From positions 7,442,001-7,506,000 of the forward strand of contig NC_087251.1 of NCBI RefSeq assembly GCF_037042905.1: DNA of 64,000 bases, in the 5' to 3' direction. Position 1 is the stretch's first letter. The number at the start of each line of letters is the position of its first letter. The stretch comes from Lytechinus pictus. Taxonomy: Eukaryota. The notes below the pieces were generated by a model, which was not told the DNA's origin, did not search any database, and saw only the letters and a program-made list of their open reading frames with translations. The position numbers were made by a program, and so were the translations under genes. Below are positions 13,146 to 26,371 of this stretch, in pieces.

Positions 13146-14170
13146 CCAAAAGCTTCAGTCTCTGTATTTTGGTTGTTCCGCTGAACTGCGTTGGCTCCAC
13201 TCACCAACACATAGACTGAAGAGTTGTTAGCCCGTAACGTTAGATCTAACATTTGGCGGAAACCCGATTTTCAGATCGTTTTTTTTTTTACATAAAATGT
13301 CACATTATAAAAAAGAAATTACATCCAACTTTACAAGAAAATATATAAAATTTAGAAATATCATACCTTAGACCACAGTTACCGTACCGCTAATTCCTTT
13401 CAAATGATGATCAAGACATAGTCATCTTCGATCCTTTCGTTGGTCATTGTAAGTTGCCATCTTGGATGACGTCATCATCCTTACAGATGTCTTTACCAGT
13501 CGCCATATATTGTGATTTGTGCCACTGCATTGCGCTTGGCTATGTGCATGCGTTCGGAACTTGTCGAATATACTTACAGAATTTTATCTATAGTATCTTT
13601 TAATATCCAGTTCTGGTATGTAAAAAAGCAGAGCAGGTTCTCTTGTTTTGATCCATCAGTGTAGATCTTTAAGTAACCGTTCCATCTTGTATGTATCCTT
13701 TCTGAGACACAGTTTTTCATATCTTGTACAAAGTTATGTTGTTTATTGATAATCTTATGGATATAGTAAGATATATTGGGTATTTCATATGACCAAAAAG
13801 GTTCTTGTAATATTCTTTGGCTTAGATGTTCAATTTGGATCTCTTCATTTGGCTTACATGCACTAACTACAAAGGGTCCACGACCTGATTTCCAAGTATA
13901 TTGATCAATATACCAGGAAGGTTCAATAATTTCTAAAGTAGGATGATGACTATCTCTGTTTGTTAAAAGATAAAACATGTATTTGTCAACAGACAGTTCT
14001 CTTCTTAGTTGTAAAGGTCTTTCACCACATTCTACCTGTAGTGCTTCAAGGGCAGGGTTATATATTGCATCAGTTATTATTTTCAGTGACTGATATTGTA
14101 TTGAATCTAATTCTTGTTTCAGTGAAAGGCTAGCCGAGTAGTATAACTCACATCCGTAGTCTAATATGGA

Positions 14171-15505
14171 CAGTGGCGTAGACAGGTTCGTACACCTGGG
14201 GGGGATGACTGGGCTGCCAATGCTAGTGAGGGCGCGAAGCGCCCGAGCGAGGGAGCGAAGTGACCGAGCGGGGGGTGTCCCCCCTCCCATGGTAGGGAGC
14301 TTTTGCAATTTTGAACTTGAAATCGTGCAATCTGATGCATACTTAATGAGGTAAAATAACACACACAAGCGCGCACGCACACACACACATACTCACACAC
14401 ACACACACCCTCACACACACGGGTGCGCGCATCACACACATACTACGCCTTGAATGGACAGACATACATCGACAAGATCTACACACCGTGGCATAGGAAT
14501 ACAGAATGGACTGACACATAGTATTGCATATTGAACCGCACTACGTATTTATTTATCTCTGTGAATTTTGCTGTTACACCTCTTCAGAAAAAAAACCAAT
14601 GTCAACTGTGTACACGCAGGTATAGTCTTTGTTGTCTTGATATGGGTATGTGGTTATGAATGAAAATGCTCCATCACCCTCAACGGCACTTTCTTCTGAA
14701 CAGGCCTATCTCCGACATCATCCGATTTTGATGTAGACGGCTGTTCGTCATCACGTTCTTCTTTCTCATTATGCTTGAAAAAAGAAGTGATCTTTGATGT
14801 TTTCAACTTCTTTATATGAGCCATCCTAGAATCCTAAAATCAATTCACGCTGTGAATTATGTAAGTGACACACTCACATGCATTTCCCCCTTAAAAAGTT
14901 AAGGACTCACCACGTGTTTTTGTTTTCTAGCTAACTGCCTTAGCGCGTCCCTTCTCTCCCCGCACGTAATGCGCACATAACACGGCGTACGCTCGTAATC
15001 CGCATCCCTGATTTTCAATAGCTTCTTTCACACGTTAAAAGCCAATCTTGTGGTTATCTTGTGGTTTGCAATCTTAGAGGTATCTTGTGGTTATCTTGTG
15101 GTTTGCCCCATTTGAACATGCAAAACTCGTGGTTATCTTTTGGTTTCCACACCACGAGATTGCGCGCACTGCAAAATATGCGCGATTAATCTTGTGGTTA
15201 TCTTGTGGTTTCCAAACCACAAGATAACCACAAAATACTTGTAAGATTTTCTTTTTTTTACCGTCTGAATTGGCTTTCACCGTGTGAATGCGGCTAATAA
15301 CAATAAACACAATTACAATAATGATGAGGATTATTATTATCATCATCATAATTATTATTATTATTCTTATAATTGTTATCATTATTATTATTACTATTAT
15401 TATCATCATTATGACTTATTAAGTAACCAAATATCATTCCCCAAAACCTGGGGGGGATGATTGTACATGCCATCCCCCTCATCCCCCCCGTTGTCTACGC
15501 CCCTG
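14171..15505. mobile_element. Non-autonomous hAT-like element inserted in LINE ORF2
   Basis: TIR cagtggcgtagac / gtctacgcccctg; exact 8-bp TSD aatatgga. Removing it restores GLIRSILDYGCE. Contains (CA)n and (ATT/ATC)n tracts. Confidence 0.92.
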
Positions 15506-16311
15506 AATATGGATCTAATAAGACCTTTGTATATTATATAAAGAATCATTTTATTATTTCCCCAACTTGTTCCTGCTATACACCGTAACAAATTGATTCT
15601 TTTTTAACATTTCAGTTTTATATGATCGATGTGCTTTTTCCAGATGAGTTTCACATCAAACCAAATGCCCAGAAACTTGTATTCTTTAAATTGTGGTGTA
15701 TCTTTAACCTTAATATTTACCTCTATTTGCTGCCTATTGGTAACAAGTGGAGCGCCTCTAGCAGTCTCACCTGCATCATGCAATTCAATATAGCAGCAGT
15801 GCTGAATTTGAAAACTACTATAAAATAATTATTCACAAAAAACACCATTCATATAATTATACAAGACTATGTTCATTGACAATAAATGACATTTGACCTT
15901 GATCATGCGACCTAAGACTTGTCAGTGATACTTGATTACCCCTATATCCACATTTTATAAAGTATATCTATAAACTTTGAAAGTTATGACAGCAATTTAA
16001 TAATTACCTCCAAAATGGCCAAAATTCATTGACCTTAAATGACCTTTGACTTTGGTCATGTGTCCTGAAACTCGCACAGGATGTTCAGTGATATTTAATT
16101 ACTGTTATGTCCAAGTTTCATGAATCAGATCCATAAACTTTCAAAGTTATGATGGTAATTGAACAGATACCCTGAACATGGCCAAAGTTCGTTGACCTTT
16201 GACCTTGGTCATGTGACCTGATATTCACACAGGATGTTCAGTGATACTTGACTTCTCTTATGTCCAAGTTTTATGAGCTAGACCAATAAAATTTCAAAGT
16301 TATGATGGTAA

Positions 16312-18182
16312 TGTTATGTAGTATGTATTTAACTTCCTGTTGGTTTAAGGACGTTCCACAGTTATGTTTGTGCGCATTATGATCTGCGCATATTTTACAC
16401 TCTGCACGCTGACGTCACAATGGAGGAACAGGCGATTAATTAGCTGTGGTTATGAGCTGATTTTTCTCATCATCTGCATGCTTACTACAGATCCGATGCG
16501 TTATTTTATGAAGCTAAAAAACTGGAATTATTCCATGGACCATTTAAAAAAATATGTCTACAATTTTGACATACTTTACTCTGCAATGCTGCCAAGAATC
16601 ACGATTATGACCCTGAGTTTGAATAAATGGTAGAGTGGTTTTGTTTTTTGTCTTCACATAGATACAAAGCATTTGGCAAATTTTTGGTGTTTTAGAAAGC
16701 ACATTTTCTCTAATAAAAATACTGATAGTTTGAAAATGAGCACATGAACCCCTATTTTTTAATGTTTGCACCTCTTATGTATACCTTCCTCTACAACTTT
16801 GCAAATTTTGGTGAAAATGACATGGATTTTGAATAAAGTGCAGCATTTTTTGTACTTTTGTAGTTTTTTATTGAAATTTTACATTTTTGAGATTGGGTTT
16901 TTGTTATCTCTTACGCCATTTTTAAGAACTGACAGTGCTGTTAGACTTAAAATTGCAAACAAATAGCAGTATAAATAGATTCTCCATTCTAACAATACAA
17001 TGATTAACTCTCTTGAAAAATTTGATGACTTTTTCATGTATCTTGACTGAGTAATATAGGTTTAAACTCATTGCAGTGATATTGCGAGGTCTAAAAATGC
17101 CAAATTCTTTTGAATGCGCAATTCTTAAGAACATCCATTTAGGTGAACTTTGAAGCTCTATAGCAAAAAATCAAGCACATGGACCTATGTTAATTTTTGC
17201 ATATTTCGAATATTCAGGTTCTAAAGTATTAATGTGCAAAGTTTGGTGAAAATGACATGGATTTCACTTTAACTGTGGAACGTCCTTAACTATTGGTTTA
17301 AATATTTATGTTTAGTTCTCTCGTAAGTTAGTTTTTTGTTAGGGTTTAGCTTAGGCCTGGTGTTTTTTTAGCCCTTGTGAGTTATGAACCTGCCGGATTG
17401 CCTTCTGGGCAAGTTCCTTAAACTGCGGGTGAACAGGGCGTTAAGATCAGGCACCAGTCCCCGTAGATAGATATTTTTAAGTGCTGTTTGATGTAATTTG
17501 CATTATTAGTATTATTAGTTATTCATTGTAAAGCGCTTTGATCATATTTTTGGTAAAGCGCTATATAAGTACCTGTTATGTATCCTTTCAGTCATTCACC
17601 TTCACTGGTTTACAAACTCCCCCAATGTCATCTAAGAATCCCGAAACCCCTAATACCATTTAACTCCTAAACCTTGATCATAAAAATACCAACCCTCAGT
17701 GACGTCAGCTAACTTCAAGGAAGAAGTATGACTCACACTTCCAGCCCGTCACTTGCACAGAGCATCACCACACCCCTTATAACAGGGAAATTTTGATAGA
17801 CAGTTACCTGTAGACCAATCAGAACAAGTTTAGATCACTCCCACCTTAAATTGTTACACCCCCAAAACTAATGATATAAATAAGTCTTCTTGATTATTAC
17901 AGATATAGAATATACAATATAAAATACTAGACCAACACTCATCCATATAGACTGACTGACTTCAAGACTTAGACGTCCATACAGTATTAATTTAACTTCA
18001 CAATCTCAATCTGATACTTCGAAATTATTTTATTCATCTTCTCCTGTTGTATCCGAATCTTCGAATTGTAAACTGTAGCTGATTGATGATTAAATACCCA
18101 GTGATTTGAACTGTATAACTTTCTCCACAGTTTCTTCATTACGCTTCCCTTCTAAATTATAATTACCGATCCCAACACGACA
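16312..18182. mobile_element. Probable solo LTR (core 17574-18182, ~609 bp) with an insertion at its left tip
   Basis: TGT...ACA termini and a 4-bp TSD gtaa (16308-16311, 18183-18186) inside a HINE repeat unit. CCAAT and TATA-like motifs lie inside. Confidence 0.65.
16349..17285. mobile_element. Non-autonomous TIR element with TTAA target (Kolobok-like GG...CC ends)
   Basis: ttaa|ggacgttccacagtta ... taactgtggaacgtcc|ttaa; perfect 16-bp TIR. Confidence 0.85.
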
Positions 18183-20811
18183 GTAATTCAACAAATACGC
18201 CCAACTTGGCCAAAGTTCATTGACCTTAAATGACCTTTGACCTTGATCATGTTACCTGAGACTCGCACAGGATGTTCAGTGATACTTGATTACTCTTATG
18301 TTCACGTTTCATGAATCAGATCCATAAACTTTCAAAGTTATGATGGTAATTCAACAAATACCCCCAACTTGGCAATAGTTCATTGACCCTAAATAACCTT
18401 TGACCTTGATCATGTGACTTGAAACTCAGGCAGGAAGTTCAGTAATACTTGATTAACCTTACGTCCAAGTTTCATGAACTGGGTCCATATACTTTCTAAG
18501 TTATGATGTCATTTCAAAAACTTAACCTTCAGTTAAGATTTGGTGTTGACGCCGTCGCCACTGCCGTCGCTGTCGGAAAAGCGGCGCCTATAGTCTCACT
18601 CTGCTATGCAGGTGAGACAAAAATCATAACAGCAGACTTTTGAGGAGATATAATCATACTCCAGGTTGAGCACCATTGTTTAATTTCTTTTATAGCTTTT
18701 TGCATTTTCTTTTGTAAAAAGTCAAGATTTCTGCCTGAGCACCATACAGCAATGATCATCAGCATACATAGAGATTTTTACAGATTTTTCTTTCAGTTTT
18801 AGATCATTCAACATTTCATTGAACAAAATTGGACTAATAACACTACCTTGGGGCGTTCCATTTTCCAGAACAAATTGTGAAGATAACTGACCATTAATTT
18901 TTACCTTGCAATATCAATCTTGTAAAAATGAATTAATCCACTGTAACATTTTGCCTTTTATACCAGCTTGATGACATTTAAATACTATTCCCTTTCTCCA
19001 TAAAAGGTTGTATGCCTTTTCAAGGTCAATGAAAATAACTAAAGCATATTCCTTGTTAGCTAGTCCTTTCTGTATGTCTGTTTCTAATCTAAGCAGCTGA
19101 TCTAAAGAACTTCTATTTTTTCTAAATCCAGCCTGTGTTGGTGTCAGGATACTGCATCGCTCCATGAACCATACAAGTCTATTTTTAACCATTCTTTCCA
19201 TCAGTTTGGAGAAAGTTGATGTCAAGGAAATAGGTCGATATGAAGAAGGGTTTGTTGGATCTTTACCTGGTTTAAGTACGGGGATCTGGGTAGAATAATG
19301 CCAATCTGAGGGTAGAATTGAGGAATTCCAAATATTGTTTACTAAAACTAATATGAACTGAAGAGCTATTTTTGGTAGGTGTTGTATCATAATTGAGTTT
19401 ATACCATCTGTTCCTGCCGCTGAAATTTTCATTTCTTTAACAGCGCTTGTTAATTCATTATATGTGAATTCATCATTAAGAGGTGATTCGGAGGAGTAAC
19501 TTTCGTCGATCGTATTTTGTATCAAATTTTCAAATGACTTTCTTCTAATAATCTCATCATTGTCTAATCGATTGTCTATCATTTTAAAAGCCTCAGCAAC
19601 CAATTCTGCCTTTTCTTGAGCATTAGCTACTGGTTTATTGTTTTCTGTTGATAAATGGGGAAATATATGTTTTGAGACAGAACCATTTCGTAGTCCTTTT
19701 ACCATATCCCATACTTTGCCTAAGTTGGATGTTCTCCTCAAAGACTGACAGTAATTTAACCAGTATTCCTTTTGTGTTCGTCTCTTTATTTTGGGGGCAT
19801 ATGCTTTCTTTTTCCTATACATTTCTAAGTCCTCCTTTGTAAAATGTCAATTTAATCGATTTCTATATTTATTTCTTTCTTTGATTGCTTCTTGGTATTC
19901 TAATGTCCACCAAGGAAATGGGTTTTTGGCTCTTTGATTTCTGCCTGCTTTGCAAAGGGTTTCTTCTGCCACTTCATTAATTATCTGCAAAATCAAATTG
20001 TATTTATCTTGAATATTCAGATCATGTGAAAAATGTAATATCTTTATTTTACTAAATTTATTTATTTTTATTATTTATTTATTAAAATATCTTTATACAG
20101 GATAACAAGCTCAGATTGACTGTTTTTCAGCATGGTCCTGTTAACAAAAAATAACAATATATACATAAAACATAAAAGTGTAACTTAGGTTCTGTACAAG
20201 TAATGAATGAATGAATTCAATAACATTTAAATCAGAATTATCACTAATACAAAAAGTAGTTCAAAGATAACATTCAATTTTTTGAGAATTGATGAAATGA
20301 AAATAATTATCCTGTAGACAATACAATAACAGTAAAATATAAACTAAGATGTATGATATAATCGACATAGTAAATAAAAAATTCAACAAAATTTATGAAG
20401 GAAATTAGGAATCTAATTATCATTGAGCATATCATACTAGACTTAAATAGACAATTTATGTTTCAGTCTTTCCTGATATATTTCCCAGTTTACATGCTTG
20501 AAGGACCAATTCTTTTCAGGAAGATTGATATTATCATCTACATATTCTATTTCGTGCAGTGAGCACTTGATGACATTGTGATCACTCCCGAAATTTCCTA
20601 GCACGTTCCATTTTAGTTCGCTGGCAATTTCCTTCGAAGCAATTAAGTCTAGGCAAGACCTTGTCCCCGTATGGATGTCCATTTTTGTAGGTGTCCCATC
20701 ATTCAATACTACTAAATCATGTTTTGTTATAAAGTTTTCAACTAATGTGCCATTACCATCTTGCTTTATGCTACCCCACAGAGGGTTGTGTGAATTGAAA
20801 TCATCTGTAAT

Positions 20812-23138
20812 TAGGGTTGCAAAATTCCCGGGAATTTTCACGGTGGAAACTTTCCATGGGAATAAACGGGAATTAATTGGGAATTTTGGGAATTTTCTGA
20901 AATTTTTGGGAATTCAAGAAATGTTGGGAATTTTCAAAATTAGCAGTTTTCTTATATCTATTATTACTAATACTAATATAGTCTAGACCTCTACAGGAAT
21001 TGGAAGGAGTACCCCAGCAGATGATGCTTGATTTTGCTTTTTCAGCAAGTTCCAAGTCAAATATTATGCTAAGACAGTCAGACAAGGCAGAATTTCAATG
21101 AATTTCATTTAGAAGTTGATTTACTGTATTAGCGGCTGAATGGTACTTGCGATGGCAGTATGTACATGGCACATGCTTTACACAAGGGATAAACATTGTT
21201 CGTGGAATGATTCCTATTTGATATTCTGATCTTTTTGCAGATGATGAGAATCATTATTAATAATATTAAAGCAATATTGACTGGCCTCGGGGCGTTACGA
21301 CATATATCACCCAAACTAAATTTATATCGCCCGAGTCGTAGACGAGGGTTATATCAATTTAGTGGGGCGATATATCCAGGCCAGTCAATATTGCTATTAT
21401 TAACCAAATCAGACATCTAGAGCAAAAATCGTTAAAATTCAGATATTTTAGAGTTAAAGAATGGGAATCTATTTTTGTCATGTTGAGCAGACTGGGCCTC
21501 TGAACTTTTAATACCATTGTGACGTAATTGAAATGACGCGTCCATGGCCTGGGGATCCAGTATCCAGCGTTGTCTCAACTTGATTAACATTGTGACGTAT
21601 AGCACTGCGCGATTCAAGGACGCATACAAAAACGCATAGAATACGCGGATGTTAGCTCTCTGCCTTATTGCCTGCTACATTTCCTCATAGACTTTCCTGA
21701 GCGGGCAATAAATTTGTACGTGGTTAAACAAGTGGAAACTTATTGACCGACCACTTGATCACAGTCTTAAGCAGGCAACAATGTATTAAAGTTGCCCTGC
21801 TCAGATGTCTGATACGGTTAATAATAAATAATATCATTGTAGCTATTAGCATTATTATATTGGTTTTTTTTTATTATTATATAATTTCTCATTTATTTCT
21901 GCATAGCAGAAGTGATGAACTTGGTGCTGTTGGTGGCATTGATTTGATGAGTATCAGATTGCTGGTTCAAGCTTAAAGTTTATTTTAGTTCAATTAACCC
22001 TGTTCTAGAAATGAATATTTTGTTCATTATTTTCAAAATACTTCTTAAAATCAAATGAAACTGATATGAGATTGTCATTCAATATATCATAAAAAATATG
22101 AAATTAATAAGTTTCTCAATCTCAATCAAGGTCAAAGGTTATTTGAGGCCAACAAACTTAGTGCATGTTTTTTTCTCCCTTTGTGAAAAATTATTTGTCT
22201 TGATTGTTTTCAAAGTCGGCTATTTTATTGTTATTTCTTGCTCCCTCCTTTTTTTTGGGGGGTGGGGGGTGGAGGGGGGCATCTCATAAATGAATTAGTA
22301 ATTAATATTGTTCATTCATGAACTCTGTTTTCCCATTTAAAGACTCAAGCCAGTACCATAGCTGCTGGTGTGATCAGTCTGCTGTGCAAACCTAGTCTGC
22401 AGGCACAGACCCTCATTGAAACTTTGATCACTAAGTTGGTCTCCACACAAAGACTAGCACATACAAAACTTGCTGTTTCCCAGAGCGAGAGGGCCTTCAG
22501 TACACAAGGCATGAGTAGGCTGCAGATTCAGACCCTTAACTCGAGTGAAGGCTTCGCATAGCAGACCCCACAGTCAAGGAAAGTGGTCTCAATATGCAGC
22601 CTCAGGCCACTGCCAATGACTTGTGTACAGAAGATCCTTTTGTTCAACAGAAAGTTGTATTCGTGCTAGTCTTGTGTGAAGACCCACTTGTGGATCAAAG
22701 TTTCAATAAGGGTCTGTGCGTGCAGACTACATGTAGGGGGCAATGTTCTATTAACATGGTAAATGGAAGGCAGGTTCTTCCTTGTAAATCCTTGACATTT
22801 AAAGAAAAATGAAAAAATAGTGTAATTAATGCAGTCTTATTTTTTTCATTTTGAAGTGATAAGAAGCTTCATCTTGTAAATTATGCTCCATCATGCTACT
22901 GGATACATACATGTATATACATGTTACACGTATACTGTATAATGTATTTATGTAGTGTGATGAATATTTTATACCCTTGACAAAGAATAGTTTAAATACA
23001 AATGGAAAGTATAATATTTGAGGATATCAATTTATGACTTTGTACTTAAAAACACAATTGATCACTTTTTGTGAAAAAAATGAAAATTCCCAAAACTTTC
23101 CAAAATTTCTGGAAAGTTTCCAGCCCTTTGCAACCCTA
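20812..23138. mobile_element. Non-autonomous hAT-like element inserted in the LINE endonuclease domain
   Basis: TIR tagggttgcaaa / tttgcaacccta; 8-bp TSD tctgtaat/cctgtaat; subterminal ggaa(t)tt repeats. Splits the motif ITGDFNSH. Confidence 0.88.
22393..22729. mobile_element. MITE with ~80-bp imperfect TIRs (TAGT...ACTA ends)
   Basis: tagtctgcaggcacagaccctcattgaaactttgatc / gatcaaagtttcaataagggtctgtgcgtgcagacta. Confidence 0.8.
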
Positions 23139-23400
23139 CCTGTAATCATTATGTTTTTTGAACAATTTTCAATCAAATCTTCTAAATCGCACAATTCTAT
23201 CATTTGACAGGGATTATACTTATTGATTAATGAAATGACCTTGTCATAAGTGAAAAAAATGTCAATTCTTTGATATTCCTTGATTTGAGGGAAATTAACT
23301 TCTTTGAAAGTAACAGTTTTATGCACATATATTGCAATTCCTCCTCTTCCTCCTTGGCCTCTATTTTTTATTACTGGGATGAAATCTGGAATTGCTAATA

Positions 23401-25052
23401 CAGGGCGCGACAAACCCGCTTGCCCAGGGCAAGTGAAAATCACGTGCGGGCAAGCATTTCTCAAAGTCAATTGCCCGATCGGGAAAGTTGTTGTTTTGAA
23501 AATGAAAAAGATAAATTGATGCCTGACGGTTAAGTTTAATAATTTTTTGATAAATTGCAATTATCGGCCAATTATCTCTCATACAATGTCATACCAGTAA
23601 AAAAACAGTGGAAACATGTCAAATCAGCGCTAATTTACCGACAAAAGGCGACAAATTATCGCCAGCGGTCCCGTTCGATGGGGGCTGCCACCTTACTATC
23701 TAAACTAAACTACTATCTAAACAAACTACTAATCGACGAAGGAGCTAGCTGGGGAAACCCCTCTCTCGCCCTCTGAGCGCATGCTCTACTACATCGGCGC
23801 TACAGTACATGTACGGACATACACGAGCGATCGCGAGCCAGCCGAGTCTCGAGCTGAATGCATGCAAGCTTCGGACTGACTCGGCCAGAACCTGACGTCC
23901 CATATTTTATTCATTTCTAAAACATTTTAGTTTTTTTTTAGTTTTAAAAATATATAAAAAAACACCAAATATCATTAGGATTTTTGTTATATGATTGGAT
24001 TGTTTTTATTTGCTTGAAGTTTGAACTTTTTCCTCTTCCTTTCTTTTCTATCCTTCTATCCTTCCTCCTTGCTCTTTTTTGTTACATATCTATTTTTATT
24101 TCCTGATCCTTTCTCTCTCCCTCTCTGTTCATTTTCTTTCTTTCCTTCTTTCTCTTACTTGCCTTCTTTATTACATTTCCTTTTTTTATTTCCTTCATTC
24201 CTTCTCCCTTCCACTCGTTTTTATTTTCTTTCTATCTCTCCTTCCATTATTTTTTTTTTTTCATTCTGGCCTCCCTTTATTCTTTCCTCCTTTCTTTCTT
24301 TCATTATTTCATTTTGTCCTTATTCTTTTCCCTTTTACTTTCTTTCCCTTTCTTCCTTCATTCCTTCCTTCATTCCTTCCTGTTTTCTTCTTTCTTTGTT
24401 TCTTTCTTTCCAAGAATGAAGGAAACATTTTCTTTCCTTCATTTTTTCTTTCCTCCTCCTTTTTTCTTACTTTCTTCTTGTCTTTCTCTTCTTTATTTTG
24501 ACTTTCACACATTTATTCATCTTCCCTTTTCTTTTTTTTTTCTTTCTATATTCAATTCAAAGAATGACGGAAACCTTTTTATCTATTTTTATTCTCTCAT
24601 CCTTTTATTAGAACTTTCTTATATTTTTTATTATTTCCTTCATTTTCCCTTTCATTTTTTCTTTCTTTCTTCTCAATTCATCTCTTTTCTTTCTCTCCTT
24701 CATTCTTTCGTTCACCCTCCCTTCCAATTCTGTACTTTTTTCACAAGTCTAACACTGTGTAGCCTTCTTTCTTGATCTTTTTGTTGTCGATTGTCAAATA
24801 AACAATGAGTCGTCAGCCTAAATAGGAGACTTTTGTCGTCGTGATCGGCGACCAGAACAACTTGAACGAGAGTCAAGAAAAAGAAATGCCAAGGGCAGCA
24901 CCAGTAAATCAAGTTCAGCCAGGACAGAAAAGAATAAGAGCAAAGAATTTTTGAAAAAAAATCGGGCAAGCAGTTTTTTCTATCGAGCGAGCAAATTTTT
25001 TTATCACTTGCCCGACAGGGCAAGTGATTAATTTTTTTTTTGTAGAGGCCTG
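23401..25052. mobile_element. Non-autonomous CAGG...CCTG DNA element with a pyrimidine-rich core
   Basis: 7-bp TSD gctaata; subterminal cttgccc/gggcaag motifs at both ends. The core is an inverted homolog of the GA-rich cores at 28.1-29.3 kb and 32.1-33.6 kb. Confidence 0.8.
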
Positions 25053-26371
25053 GCTAATATATAAAAATCAGTGAACCATGTTTCTTGTAAAAATATCAAG
25101 GCAGGGATGGAGTTTAATTCTACATTTTCTATTAGCTCTTTGTAAAAGTCTGGACCGTGAGCATTCATGCTTTGGGCATTCCATTGTAAAATATGTAAAG
25201 TCCGAGCATTAGTAGTCTTTGAGCTGTCTTTATTACTGAAGATAGTCGTGGGTCATCTCTGGAGACACCTCGTTAATGTCTAAGCATCGCTTGGCTGCTT
25301 CAACCACTAATCTGATTCTGTTTGAATGTGAAGTTTCTTTGTCAAGGTTATTAACAATAAAAGTGATGAATGCCAAAAAGTCGACTCTAGCATTTTCTGT
25401 GGATGCAGGAATTACAGGCCCAGATTCTTCTGCTTCATTAGGCCTATGATTAATCTCTTAAGAAGTGAATTCTTGCGCATCTGTCTGTACAGACTTTTCT
25501 GCCGTTTCTGTTTGTGTGGATATAGTTGCCGTTTTTATGGTCGACCTGTTTACTGTTGGTATTTGTTCTACATCAGCTTCCGAAATATTCGGTTGATCTG
25601 GGATTTTCTTTCCTTCGGGGGTTTGATAATATTCTTGTTTGATGATTCACAATCTTTCAAATTATTTTCTTCTCTTTTTTCTTGATGGTATATTTTTGTT
25701 GCTTGAGCATAAGTTAAATTATTTTGCAAGCTGGTATATTGAATATTTTTTGCTTCCTTACAGAAGGTACATCCTTGATAGGCCGCTGAATGATTAAGGT
25801 TACATCTCAAGCATTTTGGTTGATCTTTATTGGGGCACATTTAAAAATTGTGGGCCTCACGGTCCTCACCACAACTTACGCATCTTAAACGACCCTTGCA
25901 ATTCTTTTGGATGTGCCCAAATTGCTGGCATTTTTGGCATCTTGTTACAGAAGGGACAAACTCATCAACTACATATTTTTGGTATAGAAAGGAGACATGG
26001 TGTGGAAGATTTGGCCCTTTGAATACTAGTAGAACAGAAGGGGTTGGTGATAATTCACTATTTATTCTTTTATTGAATCTCTTTACATTCATCACACCTT
26101 GTTCTTTCAGGAGTTCATTAAGTTCTTGCTCCGTAATTAGTGTATCTACTTTATGAATACCACCGCAGATTTGAGTTATGGGCAGATATTGTGCAACCTT
26201 GACAGGGGTGCGAATGAGTTCAATCATTTCTAAAATCTTTTTCATCTGTGTTTCATTAATACAAGTAACTTTCAGGCTTCCCTTTTCTTTCATAATTTTA
26301 CTCACCTCTCCATACTTCGAGTTAATTTCTTTAATGAGTTTTGCTGGGCTTATTTTGCTTACGCATGATTT

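Larger units (their letters stand above)
15742..18623. mobile_element. HINE-like element, family A, carrying further nested insertions
   Basis: Subterminal IR gtctcacctgcat / atgcaggtgagac; ~160-bp units with tgacctttgacct; gccgtc microsatellite. Interrupted at 16312-18182. Confidence 0.85.

Noticed and set aside
13574..14386. 270-aa ORF as a host gene
   Set aside because: It is a chimera of a hAT-like element end (14171-14386) and the LINE RT/RNase H remnant.
15074..15482. Ile- or Asn-rich ORFs
   Set aside because: They are translations of an (ATT/ATC)n microsatellite within a hAT-like element.
24021..24775. Long F/S/L-rich or K/E/R-rich ORFs (also 28167-29224, 32173-33515, 36054-36707, 54531-55232)
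   Set aside because: They arise from homopurine/homopyrimidine tracts that lack stop codons. They are open in several frames and strands, and lie inside TIR elements.
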